A stretch of 21,832 bases of DNA from Rotaria socialis (lineage: Eukaryota): positions 186,001 to 207,832 of the forward strand of contig CAJNYD010000025.1 in the NCBI GenBank assembly GCA_905331295.1, given 5' to 3'. Made by a program: the position numbers and the translations under genes. The notes beneath the pieces were generated by a model. The model worked only from the letters and a program-made list of their open reading frames with translations. It was not told where the DNA came from and did no database searches. Shown piece by piece: positions 1-11,853 of the stretch; position 1 is the stretch's first letter; each line of letters starts with the position of its first letter.

Positions 1-1115
1 CATTCAAGGCGATCATATTAATGGCAAATATCTGAATTGCGAAGAGCTTTTGATGTAAAAAATTTATATCATCTCATCCAAACTAAAGACTAGATGTTTT
101 TAGGTAAACAGAATAAAAAGTATAGCTCAGAGCGTGGTACACTAATATTAGCAAAAAATTCAAAACTGATCAGAACATGAAAAATTCGCTGGTAATTACT
201 ATCTATTTATTTAAATTCTGTATAGAAGACGGAAATACCAACCAAGCAGACAGACTTGGAAAAAACGCGTTTAGACGCTCAAAATACAAGTGTGAATGCC
301 CTTCATTAACACTTATTTTATCGAAGCTGTATTATATCCTAGAAATAAGGCAATATTTCGACTTTCATGATCTGAAAACTTGAATATATGAGCGTTGGAG
401 TAGACTTTTTAAAATGATTTCTTTAAATTAAAGTGTGCTTTGACGTTAAAAACTACAATTTTCAGACGTTTCAATGATTTGGAAATAGAGAAGTTGCCCT
501 ATTTCTTGCGTTTTCTTTTAATCACCGTGAACAAAATTCACACACGGTTCTATGAGATTTATTTATGTGAAATTCATTTGATGAAAAAATATTTAAGCAA
601 ATCTAAACTCTCACATTTTACTCAATTGTGGAACCCGTCGTTACTTCCTTTCGCTTCGAAAGTGTTCCAAACCGTTTCATAAATCGACGTATCATTTTTT
701 TTTTCTATATTTATGATTATGAAAATATGCTTATAGAATATATCTTGTTGATTTCAACATTTCTATTCATAAAATCACCAACTCGAACATATTTTACCAG
801 ACTATTCTTCGATGAAATGGTGATAAACATGTCTCATCTTGTTTTCCCCGCAAACTGCAATCAATCGAGGACATAATTGTAAGAAAAAAACTAATGATTC
901 ATGTTAAATCTGAGTCGAAAATAGTCATCATCTTATCTGTTAATTATCAAACTGAATAATGTTCGATTTTAATAACAATGTTTTCAATTTAATTTATTTA
1001 CGTTTTCATCATATCCAAAAAAGAACAAAAAAAGAAAGTAACACAACGAGAAAAAAGTGTATAAGAACGATTGAAGATTAGATGAGATTATTTTACAGCG
1101 AAGAAACAAATATTT

Positions 1116-4100
1116 TTAAAAGAGACCTTTTTTTGCAGTCTTTCTAAAATAATTAAAAAAATAAATTTCTTTNATATTACATTGAAGTTGATTTATCAAG
1201 ACTTTAAATTAAAGCATTTGTCAATATTTGTTTCAACTAAAGTCATATTTCTGAATACGTTCTTCTTCTTGTTGAATATTTAATCGATATGTTTCTTGCG
1301 TTTTTAGGACCTAAATTTTCCATAAGAAAAATCATTTTTCACAAAGATAAAAAAACATTTTTTACATTTTGTTTGCTTTCTTCAAGTTTCTGTAATTTCT
1401 CGGTAACTTTCGATTGATAAACAGCTTCCATATCACGAGACATTTTTTCTAATCGTGTTTCTGTTTCTATTCGTTCATCTTCTAGTTGTGATAAAAAATT
1501 TCTTTGAAATAATAAGAAAAGAAAAAAATGCACCTAAATCAATCAAAAATATTTTCAAATTACTTATTAACTGAAGGTGTTTGTAATGTTTTTCCATTTT
1601 TTGTATCATTTCCATGAAATGCACTTAATTTTTTATATCGATAATTTTCATAATGAATATTATGTGTAACATCACGTAAATCATTTAAATTTGTTCTTAT
1701 TAACATACTTCGTAATGCAATAAAATCACTATGAACCTCGTCTTCGACTAGAAAAATTTTAAACATATCGATTTAATAAAAATAAAAATAATAAAAAGAA
1801 CTAAATCTACCATCAACAATTCCCCAAGCATATTGTCTAATTCGTGTACGTTTATTTCCTTTTTCTAAAATAAAATTGCTTCCAACAACAGCAAATGGAA
1901 CCTTATCTTTATAAATTTTTGTTAGTTTATTTTCATCATCATCATCATCACATTCAGGAAATTCATATAATTTCATTTTTTCATTTGTGATATCTTGCAT
2001 TATAGATTTTTTAAATAAGCGTAACTCTTCTGATGTTAATGTATCCGCTTTGGCAATAACAGGAATTATATTCACTCGATCATGAAGACGTTTCATAAAT
2101 TCAATATCCAATGCTTGAAGACTAATCGAATTAAATATAAAAAAAATAGCAACAATTTTAGAAAATACGAATCAAGAATGCACAAACCTATGGCCAGTCG
2201 GTGTAATGAAATAAAGACAACAGTGAACACGATTATCAGTTATATGAGCTTTTCGAACGACACGTGATTCAGCATTTAAATATTCTTCATATTTCGAATC
2301 AATATAATCGATTATTGGTTGCCAACTAAAAATTAAAAGAAGTTTTGAAACATTGAATTCTAAAACTATAAATTATTAATAAAATCAAGATTATTTAAGC
2401 AGAAAACTTTTGATAAAATTCTTGGACGCAACGGTATATGAATTGGTTAATAAAAACAAACAAAAAAGCTCACGAAAAATATTATTAGCTAATGATTAGT
2501 TTGAGATTAATCATGAACAAAAACTGATTGATTCTCATAGTGACCTTCGTATGTTCTCCACCTATCATACACTATGTTGTTGAAAAGAAATAACATCTTC
2601 AGAAATATGACTTTAGTTGAAACAAATATTGACAAATGCTTTAATTTAAAGTCTTGATAAATCAACTTCAATGTAATATTCCAATTGAATAGAGCATATC
2701 TATTGATATTATTCTAACAGAATGAATCAATAATTTGAAAAAAGAAAATTAATTCGCGTATTTGTAAATATCAAGTAGTTACTTTTAAGACTGACTATTA
2801 AGTAATTTCACAGCATGTATCCAATACATAGGACTATTTTTCGATATGAACTGAATTGGGGTCATATACGCTTGTTCTTTAGATGTGTAACTTGAGAGAA
2901 GTTAAATTATTGGACAAGACCTTGTTCTTGACACAAAAAGAGTAGAAGAAATAGTAGGATATAGTTTTTCCTTTCTGAATGACATTGCAATGCATTGTCA
3001 GCTTTATATGATAATCAAGTTTATTCAAGAGATGTCAAACACTAATAAAGCACAAACAATGTCTATTGAAGCAATAATTCATCATAACATGTTTCATGTT
3101 ATTTTATTTCTCTCGAAACGAAAGTTATTAAACAAACAAACAAGCAAGCATTGTTATATCAATTAAAACAGATAATTAAATATACGTATCTCAAAAAGAA
3201 GTATTTCATTGTAGAAAATTTTTAAAAAAATCAGACTAAATCCCAATGAAATACTGACGTTCTCTTCATTTATACTTTAAAATGTGCGTATTCTATTCTA
3301 TTCTGATACTCATAGCTGTAACTAATAAAACTTTCATTTGCTGTATAACTACTTTTTTTTTGACTGTTTCATCTGACAATATATGATGTACCAGTGATCT
3401 CTTGAAAACCTGTTTTTAAGCCAAGCTTCAAGAAAGAAAGCCTATAACTAATCGTTTCAAATGAATTGAAATTATAAACTAAACAAACCAGTTTGAATTA
3501 TCGACAGCATCACCAAAGCCAGGTGTATCAACAATCGTTAAACGCAATTGAACACCTTTTTCTTTTAATATTATAGAAGATGAATCAATTGAAACAGTTT
3601 TCTTTTTTCGATGAACCGTTGATGGAAAATCTTGACCGTAAAGTTCTGTTTGAAATAATGTATTTATAAACGTAGATTTGCCTAAACCAGATTGACCTAA
3701 AACGATACATATAGATATAGATATAGGCAGATAGATGGATAGATTGATAAATAGAGAGAGATCTAATTGATCTTTATTATTCGGTAGGTCACACATGTGT
3801 CTCATTAATAGAATTGTATGTGAAGAAAAAAAGAAACATACCAACAACCATTAAATTAAATTCAAATCCTTTTTTAACCGCTCGTCGATGAACTTGATCA
3901 GGTAATGAAACAAAACCAACATTTGAACTTATTTCTCGAATTCTCGGAGCTGTTTGTTGTTGTTCTTTATTAATTGAAGTCGCTTCTGATTCTTGACGTG
4001 GTCGTATTAATTTTGATATTGTAGAATTATTTGCTGATGATGATCCATAACCATGTGGTGGTGATGGTATTGGTGTTGACGTTGGATTGTTAACTATAGT

Positions 4101-6084
4101 TGGATAAAGAGTAGAACGATAATCCCCATTTGACGTATGACTGTGCGTTGTTGTACTATGAAGAATCGGAGATTGATGAAGATCATCTAATGCTAATCGA
4201 GTTGATGGGCCCTTAACACTTGATGTTGATGAAGACGACGAAGGAAGAGCTGATGGAGGGGGTGGTGGTGGTGGTGGAGGAGGAGGAGCAACTGGCGGTG
4301 GACCATCAACAGTTGTTGATTCATTTGTTGCGGGTACGGAAGTTTTTGTTGGTGTAGAATTTGGTGTTGATGTTGTTGAACGAAGATGAGTATCAGGACG
4401 ACGCTAAAGTAACAAATTTAGTCATATTTAAAAAAATGGGTTCTCAACGGTTTGATTCAACTCTCTACCATTATTATTCTATTCTATCAACATTTTGTAA
4501 TTATAAAGTACAATTTCCAGGCATTGTCTTTCAATTCAAAACATCTATCATTACTGTTTTGAACTTCAGTTCTCGTTCTATCAATTTACTTCCTACAATT
4601 ACTAAAACTTATGCATAAACATAACGTATCTAAAACAATGTCAATGAAGTTCATCATGAGAAATATTTTGTAAGAACGTAGCCTAAAAAATTTGTTAGAT
4701 AAAATCAATGAAAAAATGGACATAGCAGAAACTTTTCATTGATAAAAACTAATGTCTGATCAGTTCGTGCATCATTGAGATATTCTATTTTTTTCCTTCA
4801 GTTTGACACCTGATTAGAAAACGAAAATTCTTGCTTTTTTCGTCGAGATGAGAAAGGTATACACAACTATTGTAAATAATTGTATTTACTTGGGGTTTGG
4901 ATGTGTAATAAAATAAAAATAAAAGTTTGTTTATCTGACGAATAATATTTAATGACGTAATTGCCTTTTTTCTCGACATGAAAGGATTATCATAGTGAAC
5001 ACAACTAATCATCTAGAGAAAGAGATTAAACATTCATTCATAGCCATATATCATCGGCTCCCAAAAGAATCCTATTAATTCTATTGAGATATGTAACTAA
5101 TGATGCATATGAATCCCTTATTGATAAAAAGTATGTTCATGTTGAAAATATTATCACGTAAATAAGAAACAAACGAGTAAAATTTTATCATTAACAATGA
5201 ACTAGACGGATTAACATGTAAATCGTTTACTTGACATTGTTTTGATCTTTCTCATTAAACAAAACTAAACCAAACTAATGAGTAATTAGTTACTTTTGTA
5301 TTTTCGAAAAAAAAATTAAAAAAATCTCCAACAATAGATAAATGCCTATCTGATTATCTTGGATCACTTTTCTGGGACTTCTTTATCATAAATAAAAGTT
5401 CAAGTGAGACAAAAATTAACGATTACAATTATCTTTTCATCACATGCGTTAACATTTATGATTATTGATTGTAAGCAAATCCAAGATACAGAAGATGATG
5501 AAATATATTTTCATCAGATAAACAAAGATCATGTTTTGTCATCGTGCTTTATTGAAATCAAATGGCGTCACGGCAAAATGAAAACATTGATTGAAACAAT
5601 CATCTTTTACTTGCTGAGGCAAAAAAAATTTGTTACAACATATCAAGTATATGTCAAGATAACATTAAATATCAGAGTTGTATGAACTTTAGTTTCATTA
5701 ATTTTAATGTAAAATAAAATTTCAATAACTAATTTAATTACATACGTATTTCGAGGCAAGATAAGAATGCGAATCCAAAGCTGTATTATTTCCATTATTA
5801 TTTGTTAAAATATGCGTCATTTGTTTTAAACTCGAAAGTGGATGAGTTAGATCTGGTGTAGCTAAATTTTTATATTTATTCATCACTGATGATTGATAAC
5901 GAGATGTTGTTGATGAAAATGATGATGATGCAAGCGGATTTGTCACAACAACAGCCGTTACACCATTTCCATTTGAATGTGTTGCCGTTGATGACAATGA
6001 TTCAGTTTCAATTCCATTTGTATGAAAACGATTACTCGTCGTTGACGATTTTGATGGACTTTCGATTGTTGTTGTTGATGACAT
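1116..6084 (-). CDS. SEPTIN7: Septin, SEPT7/Peanut group, with long Ser/Thr/Pro-rich N-terminal extension; 3' part disrupted in this assembly
   Basis: Exons (minus): 6084-5746, 4403-3842, 3696-3489, 2325-2188, 2121-1811, 1747-1564, 1501-1366, 1310-~1256 (then interrupted by an inverted duplication and the N at 1173), terminal exon 1143-1116 (KTAKKGLF*). All seven intact introns are GT..AG with matching phases. Motifs seen: [27 protein letters not shown] (polybasic region), G1 [10 protein letters not shown]3 DTPGFGD, G4 AKAD, septin unique element [25 protein letters not shown], coiled coil [41 protein letters not shown]7 assignment rests on recalled similarity ([22 protein letters not shown]-terminal KKGxF). 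Exon 1 linkage is inferred from phase and composition and is less certain than the rest. Confidence 0.9.
1173..1173. other. Ambiguous base N, probable contig join or gap of unknown size
   Basis: Only N in the window. Septin coding sequence expected between exon 8 and the terminal exon is missing at this point. Confidence 0.85.
1174..1255. repeat. 82-bp exact inverted repeat, copy A (reverse complement of 2598-2679)
   Basis: The reverse complement of 1174-1255 reads TTCAGAAATATGACTTTAGTTGAAACAAATATTGACAAATGCTTTAATTTAAAGTCTTGATAAATCAACTTCAATGTAATAT, identical to plus-strand 2598-2679. It abuts the N at 1173. Confidence 0.95.
2598..2679. repeat. 82-bp exact inverted repeat, copy B, inside septin intron 3
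   Basis: Base-by-base identity with the reverse complement of 1174-1255. Confidence 0.95.
3705..3750. repeat. Degenerate GATA/ATAG simple repeat in septin intron 2
   Basis: GATACATATAGATATAGATATAGGCAGATAGATGGATAGATTGATA. Confidence 0.6.
4254..4286 (-). repeat. (CCN)11 trinucleotide tract encoding poly-proline in septin exon 2
   Basis: Plus strand TGG AGG GGG (TGG)5 (AGG)3; minus-strand frame reads GPPPVA-P11-SALP. Confidence 0.9.
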
Positions 6085-6865
6085 TAGTTGAGCATTATCT
6101 AAAAGAATATCTTTCAAATGTCAATAATTAGAGATTTAACTCGAAATACTTTCGTTATACAACGAACGTAGAACAAAGAGAAATGACAAATATTCAAGAT
6201 GAAGTCGATAGTAGCGAGAGAGAAAAAAGAAGAGTTGTATGTCGATGTTTCTGCTTCCATCGATTGTACATTAACTTCCTGTTCGCTCGTTCATCATGTC
6301 TGTATGCCCTCTCGTCTTTTTCTTTTTCTCCGGTCACATCGAAAGAAAGAGGAAAAAATACGCAAGTCTTTTCTCGTCAAATAATCAACTTTTTTTTCTG
6401 TTTCAGAAAAAAACGATAGCGGCATTAGATCAATATGAATTAAACTTAATTTTCATTCGTAAAGATTATCGACTTACTTTAATTTTATTTTATGAATGGA
6501 AAAAAATTAGTTTTTTTCACTAATATATAAAGGACGACGGACTAATTTCTTTCGGTGAACAGCAGTAGCGTGTCTCTCTCACTCTTATTTTATTTATATC
6601 TGACAGACGTTTATACATGTATATGTATATACACGTATGTATATAGATTCATGTTCCCGTCCGAAGCGAAGAAAAGGCAAAAAAAAATAGAGGTCATCTA
6701 ACAGCTGCATTTATGATAGATAGGGAAGTCTGTTGAGAACAAATGTTTTTTTTTTAACAATAAAATGATCAGCATATAAATGTTTGTATTCATTCTGAAG
6801 ACAATTAAGTATCGATGATCTTCATTAGTATTGACAGTGACTGTTTATTAATAAAGAACAAGTGC

Positions 6866-6893
6866 CTGGGTGAGACCCAGCATGTTCACTAGT
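6866..6893 (+). mobile_element. Possible Helitron-type 3' terminus (GC-rich hairpin followed by CTAG|T)
   Basis: CTGGGT-GAG-ACCCAG hairpin (6866-6880), 8 nt, CTAG (6889-6892), T (6893), in otherwise AT-rich intergenic DNA. Confidence 0.3.
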
Positions 6894-7890
6894 ATTTTTA
6901 TATGATCGACACTTCCCTTTTATTAATAAGATCACTCACATTCTTTCGTTCTTTTTCAAGGAAAAAGAAACTCTTCTATAGATAGATAGACAGATAAATC
7001 ATATTAATTTAATTACTGAACGATTGAATTCAACGAAAGATTAGAAAAATCAATAATTGACGAATGTGATAAAAAAAAATAATTATATTTATGCACGATC
7101 AACTTAGATATTGAAATCAATTTTTTCTTGTTAAATTTCATTTTTATAACGATAAAATAGGAACATTTAAATAGCGTAAGAGTTAAATTCACGATAGATC
7201 AATCGTAGCATAGATAAAAGCAATCTATATCATATAAAAACATGATACATTCTCATTCTCTATAAATAATGATTGTGAAGAATCTACAAACAAGATTATT
7301 TTATTCAGCAGTATTTTGAATTTATTTTTGATCGAAAGGCAAAATTTTCTGTTTTCTTAGTCAATTGGTCTATATATTTTCTTTAATAAGATTTATTGGA
7401 ACATTCTTAATGATGACTGAAAGATAGTATTCAATAGATCGTAAAACAAATTGATTTGCAGCCTTTCTTTTTTATAATCGAAATCTAAATAGTTTGAAGT
7501 AAACGTTTTCTTATGAAGTTATACATTAAACATAGTTACTTGAACATGATCTGCTAAGAAAAATAATCAGAATTAAAATTAGGAATTGTTTCCGTTTCAT
7601 ATTCATTCTTATTTAGTTGCTTCTTTATTCATACTAACATATTTAGACAGAATAGTAAAGTTAGGCTCCTTACGAAAGATGAAAAGATATATAAGTTTAT
7701 TTATTGCAAAGAATGTGAATATATAGAAAATCTTAAAAAAAAATACAGAAAGAATAAAAAAAAAAGAATCATAGGACGGCAACAAGTAAAAACTATTGAG
7801 GAGGAAATTGTGATAATTAATCATTCATCTTTTATTTTCTTTTTATTTTTCTTTTAAATGAATTTAATCAAATTGTCTTTCATTCTCTTA

Positions 7891-10800
7891 TTATTGTTCT
7901 GGTACAACACGAGACTTATTTATTCGTTTTGATTTCTCTTTTTTTGGCTTATCAACATAAAGATCTGCAATAACATCTTGATATTTTTGTTCAATCGCTT
8001 TCCGTTTTAATTTAAGTGCGTCAGTAACCAGGCCAGTTTCAGGTGTCCAAGCTTCAGTTACTAATTTAACTCGTTGAGGAGTTTCAAATCTTTCAATGGC
8101 ACCTTTCTTACATGCATCTTGAACATCGCGAAGAATTTGCTCATTAAATTCATCATCATCAACTAGTTTTTGCCATTCTTTTTCACCAAAATTCTTTTCT
8201 GAATAAATCTTTCATCAAAAAACAAGAAATTGAAATTGAGAAGAGAAAAGAAAAATTCTTACAGTTATTTGTTTCGGATTCGGACATATTAAAATAACTG
8301 TATATTCAGCTGATGATGATGCACATAAACAACAATTTTCAACAATAGAAAATTTACTTATTGCCATCTCGACTTTAGTTAAAGAAACATATTCACCACC
8401 GCGTAACTTTACCAAATCTTTTTTTCGATCTAAATTTAAAAAGATATAAAAACCCATATTTCGAACATAATCAAAAAGAAAGCAAACCTATAATTTTTAG
8501 CGTTCCATCAGGAAATATTTCTCCAATATCACCAGTACAAAAGTATCTTGTACCATTGATTTCTTTAAAATTAATATTTTCTTTTGATGCACCAGCAAAA
8601 TAACCATGAGCTACAGCTTTTCCTCCGATAAGGACTTCACCTCTAGGATTTGGTGAATCTGTATTGTGATAGTGTCCTTCTTCCCAATCAACTAAACGAA
8701 TTTCACATGAAACAAGAGGATATCCAGCTCGACCAACACTTGTATCAAATTCTATTTTAAAAAGTTTTTCAAATTAAAAGAGATGAAATCTAAACTGAAA
8801 TAAATTGATACGAACGATCTGCAATAGTAGCTGCAGCACACGTTTCTGTCAGACCATAACCTTGAAAAAGTGTAACACATAGTGCTGCTTGAACAAAACG
8901 TTGAGTTTCTCCACTTAAAACAGCGCCACCAGACATCATTGTTTTTACTCGACCGCCCAATACCATTTCATTTAAACGGGTAAAAATTAATCTGAATCAT
9001 TTTAAATTTTAAATTTTAAATTTTGAAATCTAACAGAACAATAATATTTACTTATTTAAATATGGACTATCGAGACCTTCTTCTAAGCGTTTCACTTTTA
9101 TTTTATACGCTAACTGAAATAATTGACGGCGAAAAAAATTTGATTGATTAATCTTTTCGTTTACAGTTTTGTGAATACGATCGAGAATTGTCTTTTGAAA
9201 ATAAAGAGAAAGAAAGTATTTTTTCAGGCATCAACAAAATTTCTTCGTACTGGTACACAACACATAATATGTGGTCGAAGAACTTGCAAATCTCCTTTTT
9301 GACCTTGTTTTATGGCTGTTGATTGATCAGTTAAGGTTTGTGGAGATGAGTAACCACACTTAATACCCATAAAATAAATAAGAATTTCTACCATAGAAAA
9401 AGAAAAAGAAATTTTTACTTATTCTCAATTTCTAGTTTTAGTTAATAAACAAACCGCAACAAAGCTCAAGAATATGAGCTAGAGGCAAATACGCAATATA
9501 AATATCAGTATCAGAATTTATCATTGAGAAAATACGTTCTTGTTGACCCGTCATTGCAGCAATTATGTTTTCATGTTTTATCAATACACCTAATAGAAAA
9601 TTGTTGAATTAAAAATACAACGAAATCTTATTTTTGATCATCCCATGAGATACATCGAAAGGTTTCTATTGCTAAATCTAAAGAATTTTCTTAGCTACCC
9701 TTTTTTCGCAATTTATATTGAGAAAATCAACGAAACGAAAAGTATTAAATTGCGAAGAACATATGTTGTTGTCATGCGTTGTTACTTATGGATTAATACG
9801 TATTTCATATTGGAAAATCACTTATTAAATGATTTCCAAAAAAACCATAATATCTCTAAAAGAATCACAATAGAACTTCTCAATAGGATCTTTTGAATTT
9901 ATTTATCAATGAAAATCTTAATAGTCTAATGGTCTGATTAACTTATTTGTTGCTGAGGCTCTTCTAAACTATTTCATTTCATATCTCTACTATGTTTTGT
10001 TGGCAAATAAATATCATTTTTATTTTAGATAATTTAATTTGTTTTTCTGTAGGTTTTATCTATAAATACTACAAGACTTCAAAGTTGTAACTATAAAAGA
10101 AAAAATTGTAGGTTATTAGTATATTTCAATTAAAGTAGTATGTAATAGTTTTCATCGGTTGATATTATAAATAAATATCAGTTTTTTTTTCTAATATAGT
10201 TAATGAATATCGAAGACAAAATAAAAATATTAATATGTTTGAGATTCACAACTATGCAACATTGCTGACGTATACCTTGTAACTGTTCATGTATGTTGCT
10301 GTAGAAATATTTATGAATGAGAATAGATGAAAGATTGAGAACAAAGTATTACCCAAAGAAGAAGAAGAATTCTTTAGCAATTTAAGAAGATTTATTCCGT
10401 CCTTTTTTCCTATTATATCGTGAAAAAATTTCTTCAAAGTCCTCTTCAGTTGATATTCAGTTTTATTCTTTAGAGATTTTGTCTATATATAAAAGTCGAT
10501 AAATATGGTCTTTTCAAATCTAACCTTTCGGTGTTCCAGTACTACCACTAGTATACATAATAACAGCAGTGTCTGTTTTATTAGGTCGTACGTGTAAAAT
10601 ATTTGTAGCTAAATAAAAAGTTATTTTGTCAAAAAAGAATGAAAAGAACCATTTTAAAACTAACCAATTGTTGCATTTTTTCCTTGTTGTTCTAATTCAT
10701 GTAACGGAATATATTCAACGTTATGTTTATCATCAGGTGATTTCGTTGCTTGTGATTTTACAAACGAAGGAAAATAAATGACATGACGAACTTTTTCTGT

Positions 10801-11640
10801 ATGATCTAATATTTTCTAGATAAAATAAATAAAACTCTTTTCTTTTATAGAAACTCTTCTTATAAAAACAAAAACAATCCTACGTCGAGCTTTGTTAATA
10901 ATTCATGTGAAGTAAAAATAATGGATACTTGTGACTCATTAATACCATGTTTAACAGCTTCTTCGCCTAAAGTTGAATAAAGTGTTACAACAGTTATACC
11001 ATGACGAAAAGCCGCAAATGCAGTTAATAACCATTCAGAACGTGTTTCAGAAAAAATTAAAATCTTATCAGTTGGCTTAGCCCCGATTGATAATAAACCT
11101 CGACCGATAGCCAAAATACGATTATATGTTTCACGATACGTTGTGAATTTATATTCACCCAGTACAAACTAAATATCGGCATTAAATATTGTTTTTTAGA
11201 TTTCATCTATAGAATGTAAAATAAATGAAAACCTTTTTGAATATTTTTCCGTTTGATTGTTTCTCATCTTGAACATCAAGAATTTCTCGAACACCTAATG
11301 TATCTTTATCCGCATAATGTTGAATGCAATAATCTGGTATATCAGCTAATGTTTTGACATTATCATCTGGTGTAGTTCGAAGTTCATCAAGAACGTCAAC
11401 AGCACGATACGGTGAGGAAGGATCATAAGGATTAATTAGTTTTGCACGTGTTCGTTTTTGACGTCTAGAACGGTCCTCATCTTTTCCTAACGTCATTATT
11501 AAATTCCAAAGTGTGGGCAATTGAATAAACAATAATGTTGTTGAATAGATCAATACGGTTTTTAATAACGTTATTCCAAATCGTTTGAAAACTGTACTCA
11601 AACTTGAACCAAATATATAACTAAATGCTCCAGGAGACAT
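7891..11640 (-). CDS. ACSL3: Long-chain-fatty-acid--CoA ligase, ACSL3/ACSL4-like (754 aa)
   Basis: 11 exons (minus): 11640-11233, 11168-10884, 10815-10665, 10608-10525, 9589-9455, 9387-9251, 9191-9052, 8991-8816, 8751-8488, 8429-8263, 8208-7891; total 2265 nt, open frame, GT..AG junctions. Motifs: AMP-binding [45 protein letters not shown] signature [50 protein letters not shown]. The [17 protein letters not shown] and [11 protein letters not shown] segments are typical of the ACSL3/4 subfamily. An invertebrate gene is likely co-orthologous to ACSL3 and ACSL4. Confidence 0.93.
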
Positions 11641-11641
11641 A

Positions 11642-11853
11642 CTAAATCAAAAAGCTTTTTGTTTCTTTTTCATCGGAACGTTTCGCTATTATGATAACAA
11701 TCATGAGCTATGAGCAATCGAAGCCAACAAGAGCCTTACTGCTTACCATTATTCAAATCAGTTCGAAGAAAAGAAAAAATTTGTTGGATATTCTCTCAGA
11801 AAAATGTAACAATATGCTTTTCCAGTAGAAACATTGCAATAAATTTTACTCAC
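11642..11853 (-). other. Probable 5'UTR intron of the ACSL gene
   Basis: Consensus donor CAG|GTGAGT at 11854/11853 and acceptor TTGATTTAG (AG at 11643-11642) one base before the ATG. A second donor, ATG|GTAAGC, lies at 11747/11746. Confidence 0.5.

Noticed and set aside
177..876. Plus-strand ORFs 177-383, 440-682, 628-876
   Set aside because: Short, F/I/L/K-biased translations of AT-rich DNA with no recognisable motif.
1233..1255. Septin C-terminus ending ..IQKYDFS*
   Set aside because: These codons come from the inverted copy of intron 3. A better terminal exon (KTAKKGLF*) lies at 1143-1116.
3697..3847. N-terminal half of ORF 3479-3847 ([18 protein letters not shown])
   Set aside because: It is septin intron 2 (3841-3697), containing a GATA-type repeat. 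Splicing restores [13 protein letters not shown].
6085..6117. ORF-track start at 6117 (MKDILLDNAQL)
   Set aside because: It is a TTG codon upstream of a splice acceptor. The first ATG is at 6084.
5404..6523. Plus-strand ORFs antisense to or upstream of septin exon 1
   Set aside because: Shadow frames of low-complexity coding sequence or of T/A-rich UTR and promoter DNA; no homology evident.
6836..6937. Hammerhead or twister ribozyme in the hairpin island
   Set aside because: The conserved catalytic cores (CUGANGA..GAAA for hammerhead; the twister UAA..AAG/pseudoknot motifs) were not found on either strand.
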